DNA from: Candidatus Poseidoniaceae archaeon
GTDB taxonomy: Archaea; Thermoplasmatota; Poseidoniia; Poseidoniales; Poseidoniaceae
DNA: 32,000 nucleotides
Assembly (NCBI GenBank): GCA_943789275.1
Contig: CALSTM010000001.1
Coordinates: 540,001 to 572,000, forward strand
Direction: 5' to 3'
Each line of letters begins with the position of its first letter. The first letter of the stretch is position 1. The position numbers and the translations under genes were made by a program. Shown one piece after another: positions 16,301-24,057 of the stretch. Under the pieces are notes generated by a model that was given only the letters and a program-made list of their open reading frames with translations, was not told the DNA's origin and did no database searches.

Positions 16301-18620
16301 TCATCAAAAGACTGTCATCGATGGTTCGATGCTTGTTCAACAAGGCGTCAGCCCGTTGTTGGAATTGTTGTGGACTGATTTCTTCAGCACCAATACGCTT
16401 TGGAATAATCATGGAGCGGCCTGAGACTTCTCGAAATCGCTTCGCAAAAATTTGTGTGTTGACGATGTAGCGCTCAATGACTTCAATGTGGTCGTTGTTC
16501 CTGAACGCCTGATACATTTGACCTGGGTCGACTTCTTCAGAAGTTCGAATGAGTAATCCGTTTTCATCGAACGACAATTCAATGACCGAGATGTTGTTTG
16601 ATTCTGCAAGACCTGCCATGAAATACCCCAAAGCAGTGTTGAACCCTCTGCCACGGCATGTGGTAATCATGTAGGTTGGATGACCACCAGAGATCACCTG
16701 CTCAACCAAGATTCGGTTCGGGTCAGGAACTTGGAAGGAATCGATTGAATGTTCTTCAAGATGGCGAGCGATCGCATTGGCTACATCGGCCGAAAGACCG
16801 TATGCATCACGCAGAAGGATACGAGGATCTTGCTCTCGTCGCAAAGCGACAATACAGTGGCCAATCAGACTGAGAAGTGCGCTGGACAATTCACGAGAAC
16901 GGGAACGTGCTTCACCCGACCAAGAAGGAACTGTTGGTCGGTGCCCGGTAACGGATGCAACATTGACACGAGTGCCTTGGATATTGGTGACTCGGTAGGT
17001 TGAGCCACCGAGCAGAATCACGTCTCCACCTCGCAGGTTGGATACGAAGGAGCCGGAGAGTTGTCCAAGGATGGAACCTTCGGCATTGAATACCAAGTAG
17101 GAATTATCCGGAGCGATGGTACCAATATTGGTGTAGTAAATCATTCGAGAATAGCCACGCTTACCGTAAAGGTTCTCTTCCCAATCGACCCAAACTCGAC
17201 GCTCTTCTTCGAGCATGTCAAGAACTTCGATGAAATCATCGTATTCAAAATTACGATACGACCACGCATTGACAATGACTTCGTAGGCTTCATCAATATC
17301 GATATCGTTGATGATCACCAATCCAATCATGAATTGAGCGACCACATCAAGACAATTCTCAGGGAAATCCAGTCGGTCCATATCACCGGTCTGAATGGCT
17401 GCTTGCAGTGCCGCCAATTCAATCAGGTCGTCAACGCTTGAGGGTAAGAATCGTGCTCGAGGAATACCCCCTACATGGTGGCCTGCACGGCCAATACGTT
17501 GCAAAGCAGTGGCAATATCTCCGGGGCTACCAATTTGAAGAACCAAATCCACTGAACCGATGTCAATTCCCATTTCCAGCGAGGAAGATGTGACCACTGC
17601 TCGCAAATGTCCATGCTTGAGCTGTTTCTCTACATCAAGTCGAATTTTCTTATCCATCGACCCGTGATGGCCAGCAACCAAATCGCCGAGATATGGACGC
17701 AGTTTGAGAACAATGTTTTCTGTCATTTTCCTCGTGTTCGCAAAGACCAAAGTGGTTGTATGTGCTGCGATTAAATCTGCGATGGCTTCAACATTTTTGT
17801 CAAATATTTTGAGAACGGAAAGGTCACTGAATTTCGGGTCAGTGATGAGAATATCCAAATCCAATTCTCGAGAACCGGATATTTTGGCGATGCAGACGCG
17901 GGTGTTGTCACCGCGGCTCTCACGGTCATCGCTCGACACGAGGTATTCTGCTACCGTTTCAAGCGGCTCCATTGTCGCAGAGATTCCAATTCTTTGGACT
18001 GGTCGATTAAGAAGGGTATCAAGATAGGATAGCGTAAGCGCAAGGTGTACACCACGCTTCGTTGGAACCAGAGAGTGCAATTCGTCAACAATCATGTATT
18101 CGACTTCGCTAACAATGGGTTGGAATCTTGGCGAAGTGATAGCGATGGCAAGACTTTCTGGAGTCGTGATGAGGATATGGGGTGGATTTCGGAGCATCTT
18201 TTGGCGCTCCGATTGTGGAGTATCTCCCGTTCGCAAACCGACTCGAATTTCTTGAGCCCGGCTCGGCAAATACGTTTCAGATATTTCGGTCAAAGGGCCG
18301 ATTAAGTTTCGCTGAATGTCGTTTGCCAATGCCTTAATCGGAGAGATGTAAACACAGTATACACGCTTGTCTAACTTGTTATCGAGTGCTCGACGAACCA
18401 ACTGATCGATGATGGTGAGAAAAGCAGTGAGTGTTTTACCGGAACCGGTTGGTGAACAAAGAAGCAAATGCTCTTGGTCCATGATTGCAGGAATGGCGAG
18501 TTTTTGCGGTTCAGTGAAGTCAGGGAACTTGTCCTTGAACCAGTTACGCACGGGGGGACATAACAACTCGAGAAGGTCCTCTGTTTCGAGAGGATTATCT
18601 AAGTAGTGAATATCTGCCAT
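13338..18620 (-). CDS. lhr: Lhr-type (large helicase-related) SF2 DExH helicase, 1760 aa, with a long uncharacterised C-terminal extension
   Basis: A full SF2 motif set lies in the N-terminal part: FTEPQKLAIP (Q-motif), CSPTGSGKT (Walker A, Lys codon 18435-18437), YISPIKALAND, MIVDELHSL (DExH), GISATM, LVFANTRK, VTSSSLEMGIDIG, QRIGRAGH. It is followed by an Lhr-specific region (FPENCLDVVAQ...YYTNIGTI...GGSTYRV). The ORF is uninterrupted, with an ATG start preceded by an A8 run. Confidence 0.9.
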   Translation of the reverse strand: MADIHYLDNPLETEDLLELLCPPVRNWFKDKFPDFTEPQKLAIPAIMDQEHLLLCSPTGSGKTLTAFLTIIDQLVRRALDNKLDKRVYCVYISPIKALANDIQRNLIGPLTEISETYLPSRAQEIRVGLRTGDTPQSERQKMLRNPPHILITTPESLAIAITSPRFQPIVSEVEYMIVDELHSLVPTKRGVHLALTLSYLDTLLNRPVQRIGISATMEPLETVAEYLVSSDDRESRGDNTRVCIAKISGSRELDLDILITDPKFSDLSVLKIFDKNVEAIADLIAAHTTTLVFANTRKMTENIVLKLRPYLGDLVAGHHGSMDKKIRLDVEKQLKHGHLRAVVTSSSLEMGIDIGSVDLVLQIGSPGDIATALQRIGRAGHHVGGIPRARFLPSSVDDLIELAALQAAIQTGDMDRLDFPENCLDVVAQFMIGLVIINDIDIDEAYEVIVNAWSYRNFEYDDFIEVLDMLEEERRVWVDWEENLYGKRGYSRMIYYTNIGTIAPDNSYLVFNAEGSILGQLSGSFVSNLRGGDVILLGGSTYRVTNIQGTRVNVASVTGHRPTVPSWSGEARSRSRELSSALLSLIGHCIVALRREQDPRILLRDAYGLSADVANAIARHLEEHSIDSFQVPDPNRILVEQVISGGHPTYMITTCRGRGFNTALGYFMAGLAESNNISVIELSFDENGLLIRTSEEVDPGQMYQAFRNNDHIEVIERYIVNTQIFAKRFREVSGRSMIIPKRIGAEEISPQQFQQRADALLNKHRTIDDSLLMREAKNEIMFGDIDMKSLQQFLKLCVTGDARIVHNKVTVPSRLGMSLFMSAFEDLMAMKTRAFLVKDIDPAVLQRLLGTRSLATELSEEQLSKFYLDKAPIPENADQLFILMSHGGGLDPSFQNPLYKEKLKDIDLDLIRGWVQELCQAGKITKLDGTGASELDGKWFSSFMAEIHGTLGCLSVNGGKEVDDLRELHTRGLSYKVATEFDGRTPTKWKDMQLGDPHEALRVKIIEMLGSEGPQTGDLLSNRLPFPRNMVDRILLELETRNVLSVGFYKQTDDAEYILKIDEHRLIDGSEAVVEYRWVQNLVLDKTFKQYEDGFAAFDSHVLFQKQQELLYRVNDFSFKDWQDMQLDSDVIMGRLLHNRMGYTTKETIPMLLGLKPEPWIGPMEEELLRRIPIGENVTRQEILADFPKGDEHRALQRDIKYALSNLERQMLVVKQFEDVSGRRRRLSLFHRVHGVYDTMDFESSLVDLIQRMGPVKGSTLRFYVSRSFEDLTIALMNLEKDGRIAKVMALVPDPEAFYCMPDEVELLQRPRREDRKMRILTQSDPYVSRFIWEVRSVLDRGWYLPVFKGIDPIGKVLMFKVNDYLVIKDLHVPTAYLDEFCSAFELLLENHADQLVDVAVMSNFNSEPVANLDEKTRTALESIGFKMAGERMIRGGVVDPQPREIAERALFYQHHLHQKTRLEHESAAVRKVDEIRDDFALRGRCELYRVDLKSMASANRLHQGVNLRGHQVWSTYEHFQNLLAIRGEPHEEELWDIVEFFSTNSDPNLFKERHALTQSEFRKLVQPLIRTGHIVQDYRGGFRTVKVDKKADRVELRREYLRNLVKEYPVITLKQLLRLAGTPFKPEEIKSVLTSFEEDETLVKGFLIEDLDQVCWGRKNLLEEARDIPPIRDFVLPPSDPIAPYFADILKERFGFGSAYLVFKNAEPIAAFKANTRNNIIDIKDYEGSEKAWRIVKEFAWEHQMPLQTDLRIGGKRLK

Positions 18621-18703
18621 TTTTTTTTCACGTTCCCCGTGGTCGGAGTCGCGCGCAAGGAGTAAATCAAACTAACGCTAGCAGAGCACATACAATAATT
18701 CGG

Positions 18704-19018
18704 TTATGCCCAACCAATTCCACCCTTTTTCCAACGGTTAACTGGTTCAGTTTCCGGAGGTTTTGGCATCAGTAAAAGAGGTGATTGCGATGCATCGATG
18801 GGTGTTTGAACTTCATGAAGGGCACCTGTTGGGCACGAACCAATGCATGAAAGACAACCCACGCATTGCTCAGCAACAACAACAATCGGTCTTTTGGAAT
18901 GTTGGCGATGTTTGGGGTTTGAAGCAAGCGGCAATAAAGCCTCAAACGGACAGTGAGATATGCACAAGTCACAACCCGTGCAATCCGGCTCGGTAATGGC
19001 TACCATTGATTGCCCCAT
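18704..19018 (-). CDS. 2x[4Fe-4S] ferredoxin-type protein
   Basis: Two CxxCxxCxxxCP clusters are present: CTGCDLCISHCP and CVGCLSCIGSCP. The ORF-track start at 19027 is GTG. The first ATG is at 19018 (MGQSMVAITEPDCTGC). A Pro-rich C-terminal tail of about 40 aa follows the clusters. Confidence 0.8.
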   Translation of the reverse strand: MGQSMVAITEPDCTGCDLCISHCPFEALLPLASNPKHRQHSKRPIVVVAEQCVGCLSCIGSCPTGALHEVQTPIDASQSPLLLMPKPPETEPVNRWKKGGIGWA

Positions 19019-19125
19019 GAATTGCACTCGCGGCGGTTCTTCTTAACGCTACGCTTGAGGATATTGGGGCTTGTACAACGGAGAGGTTGAAAGGCCAGTT
19101 CTTCTAGCACTGAAGAGGTGTGACG

Positions 19126-20796
19126 ATGACCGATGAGACTACGGCCCGATTGGAACGCTTGTCCGGGATGCTCAAACGAAGAGGAATATTGCTTCCAGCT
19201 TTCGAAATTCACGGAGGGGCCAAAGGGTTGTATGACTTCGGTCCTGTCGGTGGACGACTTCGAAATCGCGTGAATCAAACGTGGCTTAACCATTGGCTAT
19301 CACTCGGAAATATCGTTGAACTTTCGTGCCCAACGGTGACTCCCTATGCCGTTCTTGAGGCATCAGGTCACGTCGGCGAGTTTTCAGATTTCATGACCAT
19401 GTGCTCCGCTTGTGAAGAAGCAAGCCGAGCCGATACATTGCTGGAATCCTTCCACCCGAATCCAGATTCCTTGTCCAAAGGTGATTTGCAACTGCTTCTG
19501 GACCAATCACAGCCTCCTTGCCCATCGTGCAACGCTGTTGAATGGACTGAAATCACTGCCCAGAACCTCATGTTCAACACGACGATTGGTGCCGGCCGCT
19601 CAGGTCGTCCCGGTTTTTTGAGACCTGAAACGGCACAGGGAATGTTCACTTCGTTCCCCGCATTGTATCGACACAACAGAGAACGCTTACCGTTCGGAGC
19701 AGTCCAGGTTGGAAAGGGATACCGTAACGAAATATCCCCCCGGCAAGGGATGATACGCTTGCGTGAATTCAACATGGCTGAACTGGAGTATTTCATCAAT
19801 CCACACGAAACTGCTCAGCATGATTTCTCCGCGTGGGACAACCATGTCATCACTCTGATTGCAGACGAACAAGGTGAAGTCAAAAGGACGTTCAAAGAAG
19901 CCGTCGAACAAGGCATCATTCGTCATGAAACCGTTGGATTTTTCATGGCCAAAACATTCGACTTCCTTACTCAAGTTGGTATCGATGCGCAACGGCTACG
20001 TTTCCGACAGCACGAAGCCGATGAAATGGCTCACTATGCATCGGATTGTTGGGACGCAGAAATTCACGGCTCGTACGGTTGGATTGAATGCGTCGGTATT
20101 GCTCATCGTGGGTGTTATGACCTTGAAGCCCACGAAAATGCAACTGGAAAAACACTCCGTGCCCGCCGTGAGTTCGATGAACCCAAAGTAGTCGAAATTG
20201 ACGGTTGGACTACCGATGGCGCCAAAGCAGGACCGGCCTTCCGAGCGCTTGCAGGTGCTGTGAAAGCCGCTGTAGAAAACCTACCTTCAAGCACCGAATT
20301 CCCGAGGCAAATAGCCCTTGATTCTGGCGATCAAGTCACCGTTGAACTCGAGCATGTCAAAAGGGTTCAACGAACTGAAACGATTTCAGGTGAATGGTAC
20401 ATTCCACATGTTGTTGAACCTGCCTTTGGTATCGACCGAATCATATGGCATATACTCGACCATGCCTACGACGAGGAAGGTAAAGATGGAGAACAGTACA
20501 CGACTTTACGATTAAGCGAGAACGTCGCACCTGTCGATTACTGCGTGTTCCCTCTGTTCGAAAAAGACGGAATGGGTGAACTCGCAAAAACAATCCACGC
20601 TGGTTTATGCCTTAAGCCAAACATCGTTTCCATGTACGACTCAAGTGGCTCGATTGGACGGCGCTATGCACGGGCCGATGAAATCGGTGTGCCGCATTGC
20701 ATTACTGTGGACCACCAATCGCTTGAAGACCAAACGGTTACTGTTCGAGCCAGAGATACTGGAGAACAGCACCGAGTGCATATCGACGAATTGTAA
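19126..20796 (+). CDS. glyS: Glycine--tRNA ligase (archaeal/eukaryotic-type class II dimeric GlyRS)
   Basis: MLKRRGILLPAFEIHGGAKGLYDFGPVGGRLRNRV is the typical GlyRS N-terminus. Class II motifs are present: FLRPETAQGMF, GKGYRNEISPRQGMIRLREF (motif 2) and PHVVEPAFGIDRI (motif 3), plus a C-terminal anticodon-binding domain. A GTG at 19120 is an alternative start. Confidence 0.93.
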   Translation: MTDETTARLERLSGMLKRRGILLPAFEIHGGAKGLYDFGPVGGRLRNRVNQTWLNHWLSLGNIVELSCPTVTPYAVLEASGHVGEFSDFMTMCSACEEASRADTLLESFHPNPDSLSKGDLQLLLDQSQPPCPSCNAVEWTEITAQNLMFNTTIGAGRSGRPGFLRPETAQGMFTSFPALYRHNRERLPFGAVQVGKGYRNEISPRQGMIRLREFNMAELEYFINPHETAQHDFSAWDNHVITLIADEQGEVKRTFKEAVEQGIIRHETVGFFMAKTFDFLTQVGIDAQRLRFRQHEADEMAHYASDCWDAEIHGSYGWIECVGIAHRGCYDLEAHENATGKTLRARREFDEPKVVEIDGWTTDGAKAGPAFRALAGAVKAAVENLPSSTEFPRQIALDSGDQVTVELEHVKRVQRTETISGEWYIPHVVEPAFGIDRIIWHILDHAYDEEGKDGEQYTTLRLSENVAPVDYCVFPLFEKDGMGELAKTIHAGLCLKPNIVSMYDSSGSIGRRYARADEIGVPHCITVDHQSLEDQTVTVRARDTGEQHRVHIDEL

Positions 20797-20864
20797 CCGA
20801 AAGCAGTTGTTGCGAAGCGGTCTTTCAGTGAAGGTTGAAGAACCCTCGGAAACATGATGGCAGT

Positions 20865-22418
20865 ATGGCTGAAGTGAGTGATTGGACGGAGCGGCATCGG
20901 CCCTCCTCTGAGCGTCAACTCGAAGGCAACGAAGTCCAGCGAAGAAAGATTCGTGCTTGGCTTGATGAATGGCAAAACGGCCTACCTCGAAAGAAAGCCT
21001 TGCTGCTCGTTGGCCCTCCCGGTGTTGGAAAAACCTCAGTGGCTCGCGCTATTGCCCAAGATATGGGGTGGAACGTTATCGAACTGAACGCATCCGATGC
21101 ACGAAATGCAGCAGCGATTCGCAAAGTCGCAACCCACGGCTCGACCCACAGGTCGTTGTTCCATCATCCAGATGCGAAGAAACAACGTACCCTTGTTCTT
21201 CTTGATGAAGTCGACCACATTTCCGGTGGATTACGAAAAGTGAGTCAAAGCAGAATAGAGAGCGCCATACAAGGAGAAGATTCCAAAGGTAATTCGGTGA
21301 CATTGAAGGGTGATTCCGGTGGTAAGGCCGAATTACTCAGCCTGCTCGCTGAAACACGTCAGCCGGTGATTCTAGCGTGCAACGAAATCATGGGGTTATG
21401 GGGCAGTGGTTCTTCTTGGAGTTCTACACGGGACCGTTTCACGAAGCACCTTCAGACCATCACGTTTGATCGTGCCAGTAACGAAGCACTGCGAAGAATT
21501 GCACGGCGTGTTCTACGTGAAGAAAAACTGAACTTCGATGACGCAGCTCTTGAGGCCCTTGTCGCATCGAATCCAGGTGATTTACGGGCACTCGTTCGCG
21601 ACCTACAGGTACTCTCTTCGACAGCAGAGGGAACCATCACTAAGGAGATGGTTGAAAGTCAGGCGTACGCAGGTCGCCGCGATACATCGGAAGGCGTCTT
21701 TCCGGGACTCGACAAATTGTACCGCTCAAATGTAGCACAAGAAGCAGTTCAAATCGGCCGTTCTATAGAAAAAACACCTCCTGACATGATCAATTGGGTT
21801 CACTGGAATAATTCCTCATTGTTCCCACGCAAGGAATCAATTCAACGTGGAAATCAAAGTCTATCGATTGCCTCAAAAATGTACATGGGTCAATTCCGAA
21901 GCACCGCACATCGGTCCTGGTACTGGAGTGGACAGTTAGCAAGTCTTTCAGCATCGGTTACAAATCCAGTTCCGTTTGAAGCACGTATCTATCCATCCTA
22001 CCCAAACTTCCTTCGGCGAGGTTCCTCAAGAACTCGACCGTCAATTTTAGTGAAACTTGGAGAACAAACCGGCATGAGTTCTGCCGCTTTGCGTGACGAA
22101 ATGCTGCCGCTTCTCACTGCTATGTTGAAAGATTCCCCATTGCTTGGTGATTCTCAAGACTTCGCTCTTTCGTTCAAATTTGGATTCAGCAGTGAAGAAC
22201 ACGCATCGCTTGCTGGGCTCCCTCTTAGCCGTAGGGCAACAAAGAACTTGATGGCAGAGTACGACGAAGTCTACGAACAATCATTGCTTGAGAAAACCTT
22301 CGAGCCGCTGGTCGAAGAAGCAGAGCCAGTGATGCAAGCCTCCGAAAAAGAACCTGTAGAAAAAAACGGAGATGAAGATGAGTCAAGCAGCCCTCCTGGG
22401 CAAATGAAACTGTTCTAA
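20865..22418 (+). CDS. rfcL: Replication factor C large subunit
   Basis: WTERHRPSSERQLEGNE...ALLLVGPPGVGKTSVARAIAQDMGWNVIELNASDARN shows the RFC box II/III and P-loop. LVLLDEVDH is the Walker B and ILACNE is the sensor-1 region. The C-terminal tail is acidic. The ORF-track start at 20835 is TTG. The ATG at 20865 gives MAEVSDWTERHRP, the usual RFC-L N-terminus. Confidence 0.88.
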   Translation: MAEVSDWTERHRPSSERQLEGNEVQRRKIRAWLDEWQNGLPRKKALLLVGPPGVGKTSVARAIAQDMGWNVIELNASDARNAAAIRKVATHGSTHRSLFHHPDAKKQRTLVLLDEVDHISGGLRKVSQSRIESAIQGEDSKGNSVTLKGDSGGKAELLSLLAETRQPVILACNEIMGLWGSGSSWSSTRDRFTKHLQTITFDRASNEALRRIARRVLREEKLNFDDAALEALVASNPGDLRALVRDLQVLSSTAEGTITKEMVESQAYAGRRDTSEGVFPGLDKLYRSNVAQEAVQIGRSIEKTPPDMINWVHWNNSSLFPRKESIQRGNQSLSIASKMYMGQFRSTAHRSWYWSGQLASLSASVTNPVPFEARIYPSYPNFLRRGSSRTRPSILVKLGEQTGMSSAALRDEMLPLLTAMLKDSPLLGDSQDFALSFKFGFSSEEHASLAGLPLSRRATKNLMAEYDEVYEQSLLEKTFEPLVEEAEPVMQASEKEPVEKNGDEDESSSPPGQMKLF

Positions 22419-22429
22419 TCGCCTTCGGC

Positions 22430-24055
22430 TTACTTTTCTTCTTTCTCTTCCATCAGCCTTCGAAACAGCGCAATTGCCGAGCGATCAGAATGGACACGCT
22501 TTTCTCGACGCCAGGTTCGAGGATGCAACAAAATAACTGCTGTAAGCAATTCCAGACGTCCAAACCACATCAAGATAGAAGTGAAGAAAAGTGCACCAGA
22601 ATTCATACTTTCCCACGTGTTGCTGGGGCCAAAATCACCAAGAGTTGGACCGGTATTTCCAAGGGATGAAGCGACGACCATGGTGACGCTTTCGAAAGAA
22701 TCATTCGGCATGAAAATAGCCAAAACCAAACTGGAAATGAAAAACAGTCCGACCCACACGAAGAGCATTCCAACAATGAGACCGATCTGATTTTGCTCAA
22801 TAACTTCGCCATTCATGCGAATCTGTTCAACTTTACGCGGTTGGGCGATACGAACCAGTTCCCGCATGGCAACTTTGAATGCAAGATTAACACGCAGTAG
22901 TTTCAAACCACCACTTGTCGAACCGGCACTTGCCCCAACGACCATCAATATGAAGAGAATAAGGTGCGCAACCAACGGCCACGAACCATCCATGTAGTCT
23001 GATGAAGTGTAACCGGTCGAAGTGGCAAAGGAAACAACCTGAAACAAACCGTCTCTTGCTGCGCTTTCAATCGAATTGCCAGATGCGATAAGTGCAGTAA
23101 AAATGGCCAAGGCTGCTACCGAAACATAGGTGAGATAATTACGGAACTCTTCATCACCAAAAGCACGTTTGAAATCACCCTCACGAACAAACCATAGAAG
23201 CGTAAAATTGACTCCCGCAAGGAACATGAAAGCGATAATTATTGATTCGACAAGGAATGAATCGTAGTACCCAATACTGGCATCACGAGTGGAAAATCCA
23301 CCTGATGGCATCGTTGTTAATGCATGGTTCACAGAATCAAAAACATTCATGGCTCCCGTGAAATAGAGCAGGGAGAATTCCAACAAAGTGAGAAAAATAT
23401 ACAACCCCCAAAGAGCAAATGCTGTTTGTTTCAATTTTGGTCGGAGTCGAGAGAGGGATGGACCGGTGAGTTCAGCTCGTGCAAGTGCCATTCCACCACC
23501 AATCACTCGAGACAATATCATCATACCAAGCATGATGATTCCCATCCCACCAAACCACTGCGTGAGCGACCTCCAAATGAGAAGACCTCGAGGTTGAGCA
23601 TTGATACAATCAGGAGTCGTCCCTGGGATACAATTCGGGCTCATGTTGTGCGAAATAATTGTGGCACCGGTGGTCGTGAACCCAGACATCGATTCAAACC
23701 ACGAGTTAACGGCCCCGCGCAGAATGTCAATCATCAATGCATCTGGGGTAAAGGGACCAACGAACATACCCCCCAACCAAAAGGGAAGAGCACCGATGAG
23801 TACTGCGATTGGCCAGACAAGTGCCACGGCAGCAAACGCTTCTCTGTCTCGTAGTCGTTCGGTGGTATCGGTTCGAGTGCCAAGGCTTAGCATCAAGAGT
23901 CCGACTGTCGGGGAAAGTACCGCTGGGATGGCAAATGAATACAATGCTAATTGCCAATCGTCCAACCAAATGGTGAGCAAGCCGCAGAGAACCAAAGGCA
24001 ACGTCAGCGCAATTAACGTCCAACCAAGTATAAGGTTCAGCACATCAAAACGCAT
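22430..24055 (-). CDS. trkH: Potassium uptake protein TrkH (TrkH/KtrB family K+ transporter)
   Basis: Polytopic membrane protein with repeated pore-loop-like segments (FESMSGFTTTGAT, TTMPSGGFS, VSFATSTGYT, ASSLGNTGPT). It lies immediately downstream of trkA. The start is either the ATG at 24055, 2 nt after the trkA stop, or the GTG at 24061, which overlaps the trkA stop as GTGA. Confidence 0.88.
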   Translation of the reverse strand: MRFDVLNLILGWTLIALTLPLVLCGLLTIWLDDWQLALYSFAIPAVLSPTVGLLMLSLGTRTDTTERLRDREAFAAVALVWPIAVLIGALPFWLGGMFVGPFTPDALMIDILRGAVNSWFESMSGFTTTGATIISHNMSPNCIPGTTPDCINAQPRGLLIWRSLTQWFGGMGIIMLGMMILSRVIGGGMALARAELTGPSLSRLRPKLKQTAFALWGLYIFLTLLEFSLLYFTGAMNVFDSVNHALTTMPSGGFSTRDASIGYYDSFLVESIIIAFMFLAGVNFTLLWFVREGDFKRAFGDEEFRNYLTYVSVAALAIFTALIASGNSIESAARDGLFQVVSFATSTGYTSSDYMDGSWPLVAHLILFILMVVGASAGSTSGGLKLLRVNLAFKVAMRELVRIAQPRKVEQIRMNGEVIEQNQIGLIVGMLFVWVGLFFISSLVLAIFMPNDSFESVTMVVASSLGNTGPTLGDFGPSNTWESMNSGALFFTSILMWFGRLELLTAVILLHPRTWRREKRVHSDRSAIALFRRLMEEKEEK

Positions 24056-24057
24056 AA

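Noticed and set aside
13447-18606. Many 60-150-aa plus-strand ORFs (for example 13659..14018, 15297..15758, 17061..17441, 17704..18027)
   Set aside because: All are nested antisense within the single continuous 1760-aa helicase ORF. None has motifs, TM helices or plausible start contexts.
13338-18620. The giant helicase as a DruE/Druantia-like or other defence-system helicase
   Set aside because: Its motifs and the post-helicase region look like housekeeping Lhr. The flanking genes are a ferredoxin, a surface protein and glyS. No partner genes, nucleases, methyltransferases or mobile-element hallmarks occur nearby.
18621-19125. A tRNA or other small RNA in the two spacers around the ferredoxin gene (18621-18703 and 19019-19125)
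   Set aside because: I could not draw a cloverleaf. There is no GTTCGAATC/T-loop-like box and no acceptor-stem complementarity. The spacers look like ordinary promoter and leader sequence.
13338-22418. Inteins inside the very long helicase or inside rfcL
   Set aside because: I found no intein-like block structure: no Cys/Ser at a splice junction followed by a terminal His-Asn plus Cys/Ser/Thr, and no homing-endonuclease LAGLIDADG motifs. The helicase and AAA+ motifs are contiguous and normally spaced.
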